Shown here one piece after another: positions 52,529 to 62,749 of a stretch of DNA of 64,000 bases; the stretch's first letter is position 1; each line of letters starts with the position of its first letter. A model generated the notes under the pieces. The model saw nothing but the letters and a program-made list of their open reading frames with translations, was not told the DNA's origin and did no database searches. Made by a program: the position numbers and the translations under genes. This stretch comes from an uncultured Clostridiaceae bacterium (GTDB lineage Bacteria > Bacillota > Clostridia > TANB77 > CAG-508). The stretch covers positions 972 through 64,971 of the forward strand of contig CAKNOI010000003.1 of assembly GCA_930990125.1 (NCBI GenBank), written 5' to 3'.

Positions 52529-53821
52529 ATGCAGGTAATTGAAAATTTAAAAGTAAAAGAAAAAGTATATATAGAGACCTTAGAAAATGGATTAACGGTT
52601 CTTATTATTCCTAAAAAAGAAACAGAGAAAAAATTTATTATATGGGGAACTAATTTTGGATCTATTGATAGTAAATTTATAGCACCAGGAGAAAACGAAA
52701 TCACAACAGTTCCAGATGGAGTAGCCCACTTTTTGGAACATAAGTTATTTGAGCAAAAAAATGGAACCAATAGCCTAGATACATTAACTGCGATAGGAGT
52801 GGATGCCAATGCCTATACGACAACAGACCACACAGCATATTTATACGAATGTAACGATAAATTTTACGAAGCATTAGACGAGTTTATGGATTATGTACAA
52901 AATCCATACTTTACCAAAGAAAATGTAGAAAAAGAGAAAGGAATTATAGGACAAGAAATCCGCATGTACGATGACCACCCAGGTTGGCAGGTTTATATAA
53001 ATGCCATGCAGTGTTTATATCAAAATAATCCTGTTCGCATTGATATAGCAGGAAGCATTGAAAGTATTTCTAACATTGATAAAGATATTTTATACAAATC
53101 TTACAATACATTTTATCATCCATCTAATATGTGCTTAGTAGTATGCGGAAATTTTGAAGCAGAAGCTATTTTAGAAGAAATAAAAAAACGATTACTTCCA
53201 AAAGAAATAATAGGAGAAATACAAAGAATTTATCCAGAAGAACCAGAAAAGGTTGCAAACAAAGAATGTAAGAAACAAATGGAAGTAAGTACCCCAATTT
53301 TTGTAATAGGCATCAAAGATAAAGTAAGCAAGGAAAATATGGTAAAAAAACATATTGCTATTGAAGTTCTATTAAATATGATAATAGGAAAAAGTTCTAA
53401 ATTATATCAAACACTATATAAACAAGGATTATTGTTAGAAGAACCAGATATGCAATATGAGTGGTCCAAAGAGTATGCCCATATTACTATTTCAGCACAA
53501 AGTAAAGATCCTAAAAAAGTCTACCAAGGAATAGCAGATACCATACAAGAATATAAGAAACACGGCCTAGAACTAGAACATTTTGACAGAATAAAAAGAA
53601 AAATTTATGGCGATTATGTAAAAGAATTTGACGATGTGGCAGATATTGCAAGAATGTTTTTAGCAGACTGGATGAAAGGGGTAAATAGTTTTTCTTACTT
53701 AGAGCAATATAATGCTGTTACCAAATCTTATGCAGAAGAAATCCTAAAAGAAGTATTTCTAGAAGACAAAACCATCCTATCTGTTGTTGAACCTAATAGT
53801 AGTAGTAAGGAAGAAAAATAG
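52529..53821 (+). CDS. M16 family zinc peptidase, catalytic subunit
   Basis: HFLEH inverzincin motif and downstream E; RBS GGAGG. Confidence 0.8.
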   Translation: MQVIENLKVKEKVYIETLENGLTVLIIPKKETEKKFIIWGTNFGSIDSKFIAPGENEITTVPDGVAHFLEHKLFEQKNGTNSLDTLTAIGVDANAYTTTDHTAYLYECNDKFYEALDEFMDYVQNPYFTKENVEKEKGIIGQEIRMYDDHPGWQVYINAMQCLYQNNPVRIDIAGSIESISNIDKDILYKSYNTFYHPSNMCLVVCGNFEAEAILEEIKKRLLPKEIIGEIQRIYPEEPEKVANKECKKQMEVSTPIFVIGIKDKVSKENMVKKHIAIEVLLNMIIGKSSKLYQTLYKQGLLLEEPDMQYEWSKEYAHITISAQSKDPKKVYQGIADTIQEYKKHGLELEHFDRIKRKIYGDYVKEFDDVADIARMFLADWMKGVNSFSYLEQYNAVTKSYAEEILKEVFLEDKTILSVVEPNSSSKEEK

Positions 53822-54652
53822 ATGACAATTACGATTCCGCTTTTTTCTATCACCATAGCAATTCCTAAGATAGCATGCACTATCTTAGGAATCCAAATTT
53901 ATTGGTATGGAATTATTATTGCAATAGCAATGGCAGTTGCTGTTATTTTATACTATAAAAAAAGTGGTACTTATGGAATATCTTTTGACACTATTCTTAG
54001 TGCATTTTTATGGGTTATTCCATTTGCATTTTTGGGTGCTAGACTTTATTATGTCATATTCCGATGGGACTATTATAGTAGTAATCCTAGCCAAATACTA
54101 CAAATTAAAAACGGAGGACTAGCCATTTATGGAGGTTTGTTCGTAGGAGTGGCTATCTTATGTTTTTACTGCAAAAAAAATAAAATATGCATCCGAGACA
54201 TGCTAGACTATGTGGTACCAGAAATAGCAATAGCACAATCGATAGGAAGATGGGGAAATTTTTTTAATGTAGAAGCCTATGGAGTAGAAACCACCCTGCC
54301 ATGGAAAATGGGAATTGAAGCACAGGGAACGAACTCATACGTACATCCCACTTTTTTGTATGAATCTATTTGCACATTAGGAATCTATCTTTTACTACAC
54401 AAAATAGAAAAAAACAGAAAATGGAAAGGTCAGATAACTTGCTTATATATCACACTTTATTCTTTTGCTAGAATGTGGATAGAAGGCTTAAGAACAGACA
54501 GTCTATATCTAGGAAATATTCGTATTTCGCAATTAGTATCCATTATCCTTTTTGTCGTTTTTGGTAGTATTTTGTTTTATTTTGCATACCACAATAGAAA
54601 AATGTCAAAAAAAGAAGAAAAAAATAAAAAAGTGACATACAAAAATGCCTGA
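53822..54652 (+). CDS. lgt: Prolipoprotein diacylglyceryl transferase
   Basis: Polytopic; G..R.GNFFN.E..G signature region (GRWGNFFNVEAYG). Confidence 0.85.
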   Translation: MTITIPLFSITIAIPKIACTILGIQIYWYGIIIAIAMAVAVILYYKKSGTYGISFDTILSAFLWVIPFAFLGARLYYVIFRWDYYSSNPSQILQIKNGGLAIYGGLFVGVAILCFYCKKNKICIRDMLDYVVPEIAIAQSIGRWGNFFNVEAYGVETTLPWKMGIEAQGTNSYVHPTFLYESICTLGIYLLLHKIEKNRKWKGQITCLYITLYSFARMWIEGLRTDSLYLGNIRISQLVSIILFVVFGSILFYFAYHNRKMSKKEEKNKKVTYKNA

Positions 54653-54750
54653 AACCTAGACAAAATAAGAGAAAATATATTGACGAAGATGTAAAAATAT
54701 GGTATTTTATATATAGATAATTAAAAAAATGCAAAAAGGAGAGAAGTAAT

Positions 54751-54954
54751 ATGTTAAATGATGAGATTTGTAAATTACGTGAAAAATTAAATAATAGCAT
54801 AATAAGTGGACAAGACTATAGCATAACTTATCAGTTAAGCGTGGAACTTGATGACCTTATTGCACAATATTATAAAGAATTTCAAGAAAAGAGGGCTCCA
54901 AAGAAAGAAAAAGTGGGCAAAAACGCCAGAACAAAAACTTTTTCCAGTATTTAA
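54751..54954 (+). CDS. Spo0E-family sporulation regulatory protein (aspartyl-phosphate phosphatase-like)
   Basis: I..LR..L.........ITYQLS.ELD.LI..Y helix-hairpin pattern, 67 aa. Confidence 0.65.
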   Translation: MLNDEICKLREKLNNSIISGQDYSITYQLSVELDDLIAQYYKEFQEKRAPKKEKVGKNARTKTFSSI

Positions 54955-54992
54955 AAGAGTTCTTTTCCTGTGGAAGTAAGGGCTCTTTTTTG
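54953..54992 (+). terminator. Probable intrinsic terminator after the spo0E-like gene
   Basis: AAAAGAG...CTCTTTTTT hairpin with an internal TTCC/GGAA stem. Confidence 0.45.
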
Positions 54993-55042
54993 TCCCTACC
55001 ATGAAAAAAAGACAAAAAAATTAAGAAATAATCAAATAATTC

Positions 55043-55071
55043 TTGCTTTTTCCTTCAAAATAGTCTATAAT
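55043..55071 (+). promoter_or_regulatory. Sigma-A promoter TTGCTT, 17 nt, TATAAT heading the T4SS-like gene cluster
   Basis: Hexamers at 55043-55048 and 55066-55071. Confidence 0.55.
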
Positions 55072-55129
55072 AAAAAACAAGAGAATGAAAAAAATATGAA
55101 AAAATAAAGAAAGTTAAGGAGGATTACGC

Positions 55130-55513
55130 ATGAAAAACAAAACAGTAAAAATAATTTCTGCAATAATGTTAGTAATGATGGTATTATTTTCAATGTCTAA
55201 TTTAGTACTTGCAGCTACAACTGGAGATCCATTAGACCCAAGTAAAATACAAGGACAACCATCTAAGGCTTCTGACAAAGTTAATGAGGCGGCAAATATT
55301 ATTTTAGGAATTGTTCAAGTAGTAGCTGTTGCAGTAGCGGTTATTATGCTTATTGTGTTAGCAGTTAAATATATATCCGCATCTCCAGAAGGAAAAGCGG
55401 ATATTAAAAAATCTGCAACAATGTACATTGTAGGAGCTATCTTACTATTTGCATCTACAGGTATTCTAGAAATACTAAAACAATTTGCAACAAGTACATT
55501 TGGAGGAGAATAA
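55130..55513 (+). CDS. Pilin-like small membrane protein (VirB2/TrbC-like; signal peptide + 2 TM), paralog 1
   Basis: Signal peptide ...VLAA; ILGIVQVVAVAVAVIML..AVKYISASPEGKADIK..ATMYIVGAILLFA. Confidence 0.6.
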   Translation: MKNKTVKIISAIMLVMMVLFSMSNLVLAATTGDPLDPSKIQGQPSKASDKVNEAANIILGIVQVVAVAVAVIMLIVLAVKYISASPEGKADIKKSATMYIVGAILLFASTGILEILKQFATSTFGGE

Positions 55514-55594
55514 TTTTTCATACCTATAAGCAAGAAAAATCAGGAGATGGTAAATACAATTTACCATCTTTTTTCAAAAAAGGTGGTGGATGTT

Positions 55595-55951
55595 ATGACA
55601 AGAAAAAAAATAGTAAGAATTATTGGTATTTTAATACTAGCAATGTTGTTAGGCTCAACGTTTGTTTTTGCAGATGACATTAATACAGGAGGCTATACAG
55701 GAATCTATCATGGGGGATCCCAAAGCATACGAAATGCAGGAAGCCTTATCCTAGGAGTAGTACAAGTAGTAGGAACAAGTATAGCGGTTATTATGCTAGT
55801 AATTATAGCTATTCGTTACTTTACTGCTGCACCAGAGGCAAAGGCAGATATTAAAAGCCAGCTTATCCCTTATGTAATAGGAGCTGTATTGCTATTTGCA
55901 GCAAGCAACCTAGTAAGTATTGTAGCAACAGCAGCACAGGAGATTTTTTAA
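55595..55951 (+). CDS. Pilin-like small membrane protein, paralog 2
   Basis: ILGVVQVVGTSIAVIMLVIIAIRYFTAAPEAKADIK...PYVIGAVLLFAA matches paralog 1; RBS AGGTGGTGG. Confidence 0.6.
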   Translation: MTRKKIVRIIGILILAMLLGSTFVFADDINTGGYTGIYHGGSQSIRNAGSLILGVVQVVGTSIAVIMLVIIAIRYFTAAPEAKADIKSQLIPYVIGAVLLFAASNLVSIVATAAQEIF

Positions 55952-56194
55952 AATTGCTTACGGACAAAGGCAAAAGGAGCGAACACTTACAAACAAAAGT
56001 AAAACATAAGACAAAAAGAAAAAAGAGTCAAAATAGAACGCAAAAAACAGGTCTATTTTGGCTCTTTTATTGCAACAATATTACAGTTATATGAAAAGTT
56101 CATAATAATGACGAATATAACCTATAAATGTTGAAAAATACAGGGAAATGAAGTATAATAATAAGTAATAGAGTGTAAAAGTGGGGTGAAAGAA

Positions 56195-56734
56195 ATGAAA
56201 GGAAAAACAATGAAAAAAATAATTTACAGTATCCTGTTACTTCTATTAACAATAAGCCTAATACTTCCAAGCACAGTACAAGGATATACACAAGATATAG
56301 TCTTAGCTGACGCAGACGGTGGAGATACTGTTACTGGTGGTGGAGGAAGCGCAGATGGGTTTACTTTGGATAGTATTAAAGAACAAGCAGATACCTGGCT
56401 AAATGGGGGAAAAGGACAAGACCATATTAATGACCAACAGCTACAAAACATTATCATTCCTATTGGACAAATGTTAGTAGCAATAGGAAGTGTGGTACTG
56501 GTTATTGTTACTACTATCATGGGTATTAAATACATCATGGGTGGACCAGATAAAAGAGCACAATTAAAACAACAATTAGTAGGTTTGGTAGTAGCAACTA
56601 TTGTTATTTTCGCTGCACAAGCAATATGGGCACTCGTATATAATTTTATGACAGACTTAACAGTAAGTAAAAAAGTAGAAAGAACCCCAATGAAACAAGA
56701 AATACAATTACCAGAAGAAATCTGGAAAGGATAA
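56195..56734 (+). CDS. Pilin-like small membrane protein, paralog 3 (longer, Gly/Asp-rich N-terminal extension)
   Basis: IPIGQMLVAIGSVVLVIVTTIMGIKYIMGGPDKRAQLKQQLVGLVVATIVIFAA has the same two-helix layout. Confidence 0.55.
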   Translation: MKGKTMKKIIYSILLLLLTISLILPSTVQGYTQDIVLADADGGDTVTGGGGSADGFTLDSIKEQADTWLNGGKGQDHINDQQLQNIIIPIGQMLVAIGSVVLVIVTTIMGIKYIMGGPDKRAQLKQQLVGLVVATIVIFAAQAIWALVYNFMTDLTVSKKVERTPMKQEIQLPEEIWKG

Positions 56735-56750
56735 CAAAGGAGGAAAAATA

Positions 56751-57089
56751 ATGGGTACATATTATATTCCTAGAAATGTAAAAGGAGAAACAAGATTATT
56801 AAATATCTTTACCGTAAAATCTCTTATCACAACCGTTGCAGGAACAATCATTGGTTCTGTATTTTATCTTATTTTTGGACTACTTCTGGGACTAAAACCA
56901 GTAGGAATTGGAATAATGGTTTTCTTTGCTGTAGTAGGATTTGGAGTAGGAGCCATTAAAATACCAACACTAGGAGGAATTCCTTTTACCCAAAAAATTG
57001 GTGGAGAATCCTTAGACGAAATCATAAGAAGATACATCAAATTTAAAATGAACCGAAAAGTGTACACTTATACAAAGGAGGAAAAATAG
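56751..57089 (+). CDS. VirB3/PrgI-like small two-TM T4SS protein
   Basis: 112 aa, two adjacent TMs, directly upstream of the VirB4 region; RBS AAAGGAGG. Confidence 0.55.
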   Translation: MGTYYIPRNVKGETRLLNIFTVKSLITTVAGTIIGSVFYLIFGLLLGLKPVGIGIMVFFAVVGFGVGAIKIPTLGGIPFTQKIGGESLDEIIRRYIKFKMNRKVYTYTKEEK

Positions 57090-57092
57090 AAC

Positions 57093-58277
57093 ATGGATAT
57101 CATTGTTATACTGAACTTAGTTTTAATTATAGCTGTTATACTAATTGCTATTTTTGCTGGACTGTTCTTCTGGTTTTGGATGCGCTCTAAAAAGAAACAA
57201 GAAGAAGAGCTATTAGATGGACAAGCACCAAAAGAACAATCCACTTTTCATGGCATACCAAGAGAGTCTATTTATAAATTTTTAGAGTTTGACGAAATAA
57301 AAGATAATATGATTATCCGAAAAAATAGACAACAATATGTTATGGTAATCCAATGCCAAGGAGTTAACTATGACTTATTATCCGAAGAAGAAAAAGTAGC
57401 GGTAGAAGAAGGATTTGTCCAATTCTTAAACACGCTTCGTTTTCCAATTCAATTATATATTCAAACAAGAAGTCTAAATTTAAGAGAAATTGTAGATGAA
57501 TACAAAGAACGCGTAAAGAAAATGCAAGAAGAACTAGATGCACTAAATGTAAGAATAAGAGATGCAGAAAGACGTGGCAATCAAAAAGAAATAGATAAAT
57601 TAAATTATGAAAGAAGAAGAAAAGAAAACGTATTAGAATATGGAGCTGACATTGCAGATTATGTAGGAAGACTAAGTTTAAATAAAAATGTATTGCAACA
57701 AAGAAATTATGTTGTTGTTTCTTACTACGCATCCGAATTTAGTGGAGGAGATAAGTATTCAAAAGAAGAAATAGACAATATCTGTTTTGGAGAACTATAT
57801 ACAAGATGTCAATCCATTATTCGTTCTTTATCTTCTTCTAGCGTTCTAGGAAAGGTATTAACATCAGAAGAATTAGGAGAGCTACTTTATATTGCTTATA
57901 ACAGAGATGAATCTGAAATTATGCAATTATCCAAAGCTCTAGATGCACAATACGATGCTCTATATAGCACTGCAAAAGATGTATTACAGAAAAAGCAAGC
58001 ACAAATAGAAGAACAGCTTGAAGTAGAAGCAGTAAACCTAGCAACAGAAAGTATTTTAGAAGCAGACAGAATTCGTAAAAAAGAATTAAGTAATGAAGAT
58101 AAGAAAAAGAAAATAAAAGAAAAAGCATTACAAATGATAGAAGAATATAAAGATCAAATGGATGCTGACCTTTACGAAGAAACTAAAAAGGAAATTGTAA
58201 GACAAGCAGAAAATTTAGAAGAGAAAACAGAAAAGAAGAAACAAACAAGTAGAACAAAAGCAAAGAAAGGAGAATAA
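57093..58277 (+). CDS. T4SS-associated membrane protein: N-terminal TM then a long charged coiled-coil (394 aa)
   Basis: RBS AAAGGAGG; operonic with virB4. Confidence 0.5.
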   Translation: MDIIVILNLVLIIAVILIAIFAGLFFWFWMRSKKKQEEELLDGQAPKEQSTFHGIPRESIYKFLEFDEIKDNMIIRKNRQQYVMVIQCQGVNYDLLSEEEKVAVEEGFVQFLNTLRFPIQLYIQTRSLNLREIVDEYKERVKKMQEELDALNVRIRDAERRGNQKEIDKLNYERRRKENVLEYGADIADYVGRLSLNKNVLQQRNYVVVSYYASEFSGGDKYSKEEIDNICFGELYTRCQSIIRSLSSSSVLGKVLTSEELGELLYIAYNRDESEIMQLSKALDAQYDALYSTAKDVLQKKQAQIEEQLEVEAVNLATESILEADRIRKKELSNEDKKKKIKEKALQMIEEYKDQMDADLYEETKKEIVRQAENLEEKTEKKKQTSRTKAKKGE

Positions 58278-58283
58278 TCGGAT

Positions 58284-60251
58284 ATGAGAAAAAACAAAAA
58301 GATTGAACAAGAACAAGCTATACAAAGTGAAAATATGCAAGGTGTATTAAATAAAAATGCAAAGACCATAAAAGATTTAATTGCACCTGCTGGAATAGAT
58401 GCAAGCAACACCAATCACTTGGAAATTGTATCTAATCGTTCTAGGTTTGCAAGAAGTATGGTTGTTTCTACTATTCCAAGGATGTGTACCTTCCCAGAGT
58501 TTTTAAGAAGCATGTACACATTTGGGGATGCAAACATTTCCGTATTTATTAATCCTATCAGTGAAAGTACCTCACAAACAGACTTAAATAGAACCATTAA
58601 TGAGCTAGAATCAGAAAGAATTGTAGCAATGGACAAAGGAGATATTAACCGTGAAAGAATTCTAGCACAAAAAAGATTAGAAGCAGAAGAACTAAGAGAC
58701 CAAATTGCAGCAGGGTTTAATAAAATATTTGAATCTTCTATTATATGTACGTTATTTGCCTATAACCTAGAAGATTTAAACAAACAAACAGAATTCTTAG
58801 CATCAGAAATGTCCAAAACATTAATAGGAGTAAAACCAGCATGGGCAATGCAAGAAGAAGCATTTAAATCCAATATGCCATATTGTGATAATAAAATAAA
58901 TAAAGCCCATTCTTTTGACCGTAGAAGTATGGCAACAGTATTCCCATTCTTTACTTCTGACGTAGGACATGAAAAAGGAATACCACTAGGATTTAACAGA
59001 CAAACAGGATTACCTATTTTATTTGATAACTTTAGCCCAAAACTAACCAATTACAACATGATTATTTTTGGTAAATCTGGTGCTGGTAAAGGTGTAACCA
59101 TCAAAACGTTAACAGCACGTTCTGCTGTATTAATGGGAATTGAAAGTTTAGCACTAGATGCCGAAGGTGAGTATGGAGTAGTGGCAGAATCTTTAGGAGG
59201 AATTAATGTTACCATTAGTCCAAACTCTAATACAATTATTAACCTATTTGACTTAGAACCAGAAATTGTACGTGATGAGATTACCGGAAGAGAAAGAACA
59301 GTATTAAATATAGAAAATAAAGTAGAAGACGTAACACAGGCTCTACTTACCATGGCAAGAGGAAGTACAAGAAGTACAGAGGTAAACGAGCTTACCAAAC
59401 AAATTATAGCAGAAGCAGTAGCCGAGGAATATGCAGGACTTGGTATTACCAATAGTTTAGAAAGTCTTTACACAGACGAAACACCAGCATTTCGTAAAAA
59501 CTATTTAGGAAGAACCAAAAAAGAAATGCCAACCATTGGTTCTTGGTATAAAAGAATTTTGCAAAATGCAAGTAAAAATGATAACCCAGACTATCGTTTC
59601 CACTATAGTTATTTAGCAAAAGTAATGAGACAATATGTAAGAGAATACGATGGACAAATGGCATACTTTGACGGACAATCTACTTTTGAATTATTAGATA
59701 GTGTACCATTTATTAACCTAGATATTTCCCAACTAGAAGAGAGATTTGCAAGACCACTTGCACAACAAATTCTACTTTCTTGGATTTGGGAAAAATATGT
59801 TAAGAAAAACAGTGAAGATAGAACCAAAGCAACCAAAAAAAGAGTACTAGTAGACGAGGCATGGATGTTACTACCATATCCAGAAGCAGTAGACTTCTTA
59901 AATACAATGGCAAGACGTGCCAGAAAAAGAAATGTATCCCTTGCCGTAGTATCACAAAAATTCCAAGACTTTTATGAAAAACAAGAAGCACAAGCAGTTT
60001 TAACATCATCTGATACAAAATTATTCTTAGCACAAGATAAATCTGAAATTGAATATATAAAAGAAGTATTTAAACTAAGCGAAGGAGAAGCAGCATTTTT
60101 AACAACCTGCAGTAGAGGAGAAGGACTATTAAAAGTAGGAGAAGATACAGCAATTATTGCAATTAAACCAACACAAAAAGAATTCGAATTCGTAGAAACA
60201 AACGTAAACGAAATTGTAAGACATAATAGAAGAAAAACAGACCCAAAATAA
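58284..60251 (+). CDS. VirB4/TraE/ConE-family conjugation ATPase
   Basis: Walker A IIFGKSGAGKGVTIKT, Walker B VLVDEAWMLL, N-terminal VirB4 domain (NHLEIVSNRSRFARSMVVSTIPRMCTFPEFL). Confidence 0.85.
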   Translation: MRKNKKIEQEQAIQSENMQGVLNKNAKTIKDLIAPAGIDASNTNHLEIVSNRSRFARSMVVSTIPRMCTFPEFLRSMYTFGDANISVFINPISESTSQTDLNRTINELESERIVAMDKGDINRERILAQKRLEAEELRDQIAAGFNKIFESSIICTLFAYNLEDLNKQTEFLASEMSKTLIGVKPAWAMQEEAFKSNMPYCDNKINKAHSFDRRSMATVFPFFTSDVGHEKGIPLGFNRQTGLPILFDNFSPKLTNYNMIIFGKSGAGKGVTIKTLTARSAVLMGIESLALDAEGEYGVVAESLGGINVTISPNSNTIINLFDLEPEIVRDEITGRERTVLNIENKVEDVTQALLTMARGSTRSTEVNELTKQIIAEAVAEEYAGLGITNSLESLYTDETPAFRKNYLGRTKKEMPTIGSWYKRILQNASKNDNPDYRFHYSYLAKVMRQYVREYDGQMAYFDGQSTFELLDSVPFINLDISQLEERFARPLAQQILLSWIWEKYVKKNSEDRTKATKKRVLVDEAWMLLPYPEAVDFLNTMARRARKRNVSLAVVSQKFQDFYEKQEAQAVLTSSDTKLFLAQDKSEIEYIKEVFKLSEGEAAFLTTCSRGEGLLKVGEDTAIIAIKPTQKEFEFVETNVNEIVRHNRRKTDPK

Positions 60252-60287
60252 AAGAAAAAAAGAAATGATAAAGAAAGGAGATAGGAA

Positions 60288-61490
60288 ATGAAAAAACTAC
60301 TTACCAGTATGCTAATAATTATGGTTTTATTTCAGACCGTACTATCTCCAAAAACTATTTTTGCTGCAGAAGTAGCAGAGGATACTGCTACAGATACAGT
60401 ATCAGAAGAAGCACCATATACCCAGGAAGATATTGATAAATTGTTACACAATGGAACAGGAAACAAGGGAGATAAAGAGGATGTTACCATTGATAGAGAT
60501 TTGGGGGATGGACAAAGCATTTATGATATGAACTCTAATACAACAAAAAGTATTTTTACTATGTTATTTGGAGTATTAAATATGATTCCATTAACCATAA
60601 GTACTATTCTTTCACTAGCAGTAACAGATTTTGTTGTCCCAGATAAACAAGTACCTAATTTTCTAACAATAGAGGATTTAGTATTTGGCAAAATTTCCAT
60701 GTTAGATATTAATTTTTTAAGTAATCAGAATATGGGAACTACACAAAATGGAGTAGAAATTAATGCTCAAATTAAAGAGCAGGTAGCTATATGGTATTAT
60801 GCTGTAAGAAATATTGCCATTGTTTTATCTTTAATTGTTCTACTATATGTAGGGATTCGAATGGCAATTTCAACCGTGGCTGCTGAAAGAGCTAAATATA
60901 AAGAAATGTTAAAAAATTGGCTTATTTCCTTTGTGTTACTATTTACACTACAATATATTATATCTGCTATATTTTTGTTTTACTCTCTATGTATTCAAGT
61001 AACTTCACATTTGTATAGCAATGAAGCAGGATTTGAACAAGAAATTATTAATAATGTAATGCTAGATTTAGATAAAGAAGTGGGAATAGATGTAGTTTTA
61101 TCTTCTATTACTTACTGGATATTAGTCTTTTACCAAGTACGATTTTTACTAATATATGTAAAAAGATTTATTGTAACAGGATTTTTAATAGCAATTGCAC
61201 CAGCAATTACGGTAACTTATACCATAGATAAAATGGCAGATAAAAGAGCACAAGCATTTGAAACATGGAAAAGAGAGTTAATTATTAACATTCTAATTCA
61301 GCCATTACATATTTTAATATATACTGTATTCCTTGTGGCTGCAGGAGCAATAGTAGAAACAGCACCAATACTATCCATACTTTTCTTTACATCTTTATCA
61401 AGAGTAGAGAAAATTGTAAAGGGAGTATTTAGAATGAGAGGAGCTAAATCAATTCATTCTATGTCAGAAACACTAAGATTAAAAAAATAG
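60288..61490 (+). CDS. VirB6/TrbL-like polytopic T4SS channel protein (paralog A, with an N-terminal secreted domain)
   Basis: Signal peptide, ~170-aa external domain, then 6-7 TMs starting IWYYAVRNIAIVLSLIVLLYVGIRMAIST. Confidence 0.65.
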   Translation: MKKLLTSMLIIMVLFQTVLSPKTIFAAEVAEDTATDTVSEEAPYTQEDIDKLLHNGTGNKGDKEDVTIDRDLGDGQSIYDMNSNTTKSIFTMLFGVLNMIPLTISTILSLAVTDFVVPDKQVPNFLTIEDLVFGKISMLDINFLSNQNMGTTQNGVEINAQIKEQVAIWYYAVRNIAIVLSLIVLLYVGIRMAISTVAAERAKYKEMLKNWLISFVLLFTLQYIISAIFLFYSLCIQVTSHLYSNEAGFEQEIINNVMLDLDKEVGIDVVLSSITYWILVFYQVRFLLIYVKRFIVTGFLIAIAPAITVTYTIDKMADKRAQAFETWKRELIINILIQPLHILIYTVFLVAAGAIVETAPILSILFFTSLSRVEKIVKGVFRMRGAKSIHSMSETLRLKK

Positions 61491-61509
61491 TAAAGAAAGG
61501 ATGGTAATA

Positions 61510-62715
61510 ATGAGCAAAAAGAAAAAAATTCTAATTGGTATATTGGTTTTGTTGATTATCGTGTTACTTATCTATCTTACCATCCGTTATTTACAAGGAC
61601 TTACCTATGATCCAGAAAAGCCATACCAAACAATAAAAGAAGCGGTAGAAGCCTTAGGACATACTTACCTAAAAGAAGAAACATCTACGGAAGAAAGATT
61701 TTCCGAAGATATTTACCTAAATTTTTCGGTGGACTTATACACAGAAGAAAACAGTAATGAAAAAATATATAATGACCTTATTTATACAATTGCAAGAGTA
61801 GAAAAATACAAAAGTTTTCGCTTAATAGACCCAGAAAAAGAAACAGTAATTGCAGTACTTGCCAATGAACAAGAAAAAAAGTTAGTTAGAATTTATATTA
61901 ACGGAGACGATAACTACTTTGGAAGACATAGGTCTATGGAAACGATAGAAGAATATACAGAAACACCGGTTACAGACTTTATCATAGAATCGCCTATTCT
62001 TCAAGATAGTATAAGAACAAATTGGAGTACCAATATTTATCTAGGAACCGAAGATGAAAAAAGAGAAGATTATAGAATTTATTCAGATGAGGGGCTAGAA
62101 GTAAAAAAAGTAGATAATAAATTATTTAACATTGTTTTTACACAAAATTATAACAACACCATAGTAAATGGCATAAAAGTAGGAGAAACAATAGATGCTA
62201 TTATTCCTATACTAGGAACTCCAACCTTTGGAAGCAAACAGGAAGGCTTAATAGGATACAAAGGAGAACAATTCTATATTTTCTTTATGGAAAAAGAAAT
62301 TTCTGTTTATCCAGTACTTAAAAATTATGACACAACAGAATTTGTGCAATTAGTTACAACTTATACGGAAGAAGGAAATGCAAGCGATTTTGTAAAAAAA
62401 ATAACAGGCTTATGGAGTGATTATGATCTTTATGAACATGACACAAACTATGTAAAATTACGATATACCTTAAAAGGAGTAGAAATACAATTTAATATTA
62501 CTCCAAACCATGGTATTACCTATTACCAAAATTATCAAGGAGAAATAAAAGAAGGAATTAATTTTAGTAATCTAAAGGAAAAAGAAGGAGAACTATCCAA
62601 TTATATTTATTTTCAGCTAGATACAAACTTAGTATATAAAACAGAACAAGAAAGATTTCATGCATTTCTTTTAAGAGAAAAGGCAAAAGAAACATTAAAT
62701 CCATATGATGAGTAA
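61510..62715 (+). CDS. Bitopic T4SS protein (TcpC/VirB8-like topology: N-terminal TM + ~370-aa external domain)
   Basis: RBS AAAGGA 8 nt before ATG 61510; single TM. Confidence 0.5.
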   Translation: MSKKKKILIGILVLLIIVLLIYLTIRYLQGLTYDPEKPYQTIKEAVEALGHTYLKEETSTEERFSEDIYLNFSVDLYTEENSNEKIYNDLIYTIARVEKYKSFRLIDPEKETVIAVLANEQEKKLVRIYINGDDNYFGRHRSMETIEEYTETPVTDFIIESPILQDSIRTNWSTNIYLGTEDEKREDYRIYSDEGLEVKKVDNKLFNIVFTQNYNNTIVNGIKVGETIDAIIPILGTPTFGSKQEGLIGYKGEQFYIFFMEKEISVYPVLKNYDTTEFVQLVTTYTEEGNASDFVKKITGLWSDYDLYEHDTNYVKLRYTLKGVEIQFNITPNHGITYYQNYQGEIKEGINFSNLKEKEGELSNYIYFQLDTNLVYKTEQERFHAFLLREKAKETLNPYDE

Positions 62716-62749
62716 AAATAAGAAGTAGATAAGAAAGGAGGGAAAAACA

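Noticed and set aside
56224-56760. 178-aa minus-strand ORF
   Set aside because: It is antisense to pilin-like paralog 3 and has no RBS
57093-60251. Possibility that the 394-aa and 655-aa ORFs are a frameshift-split single VirB4
   Set aside because: The 655-aa ORF already begins with the canonical VirB4 N-terminal domain and has its own AAAGGAG RBS. The 394-aa protein is a separate TM/coiled-coil protein
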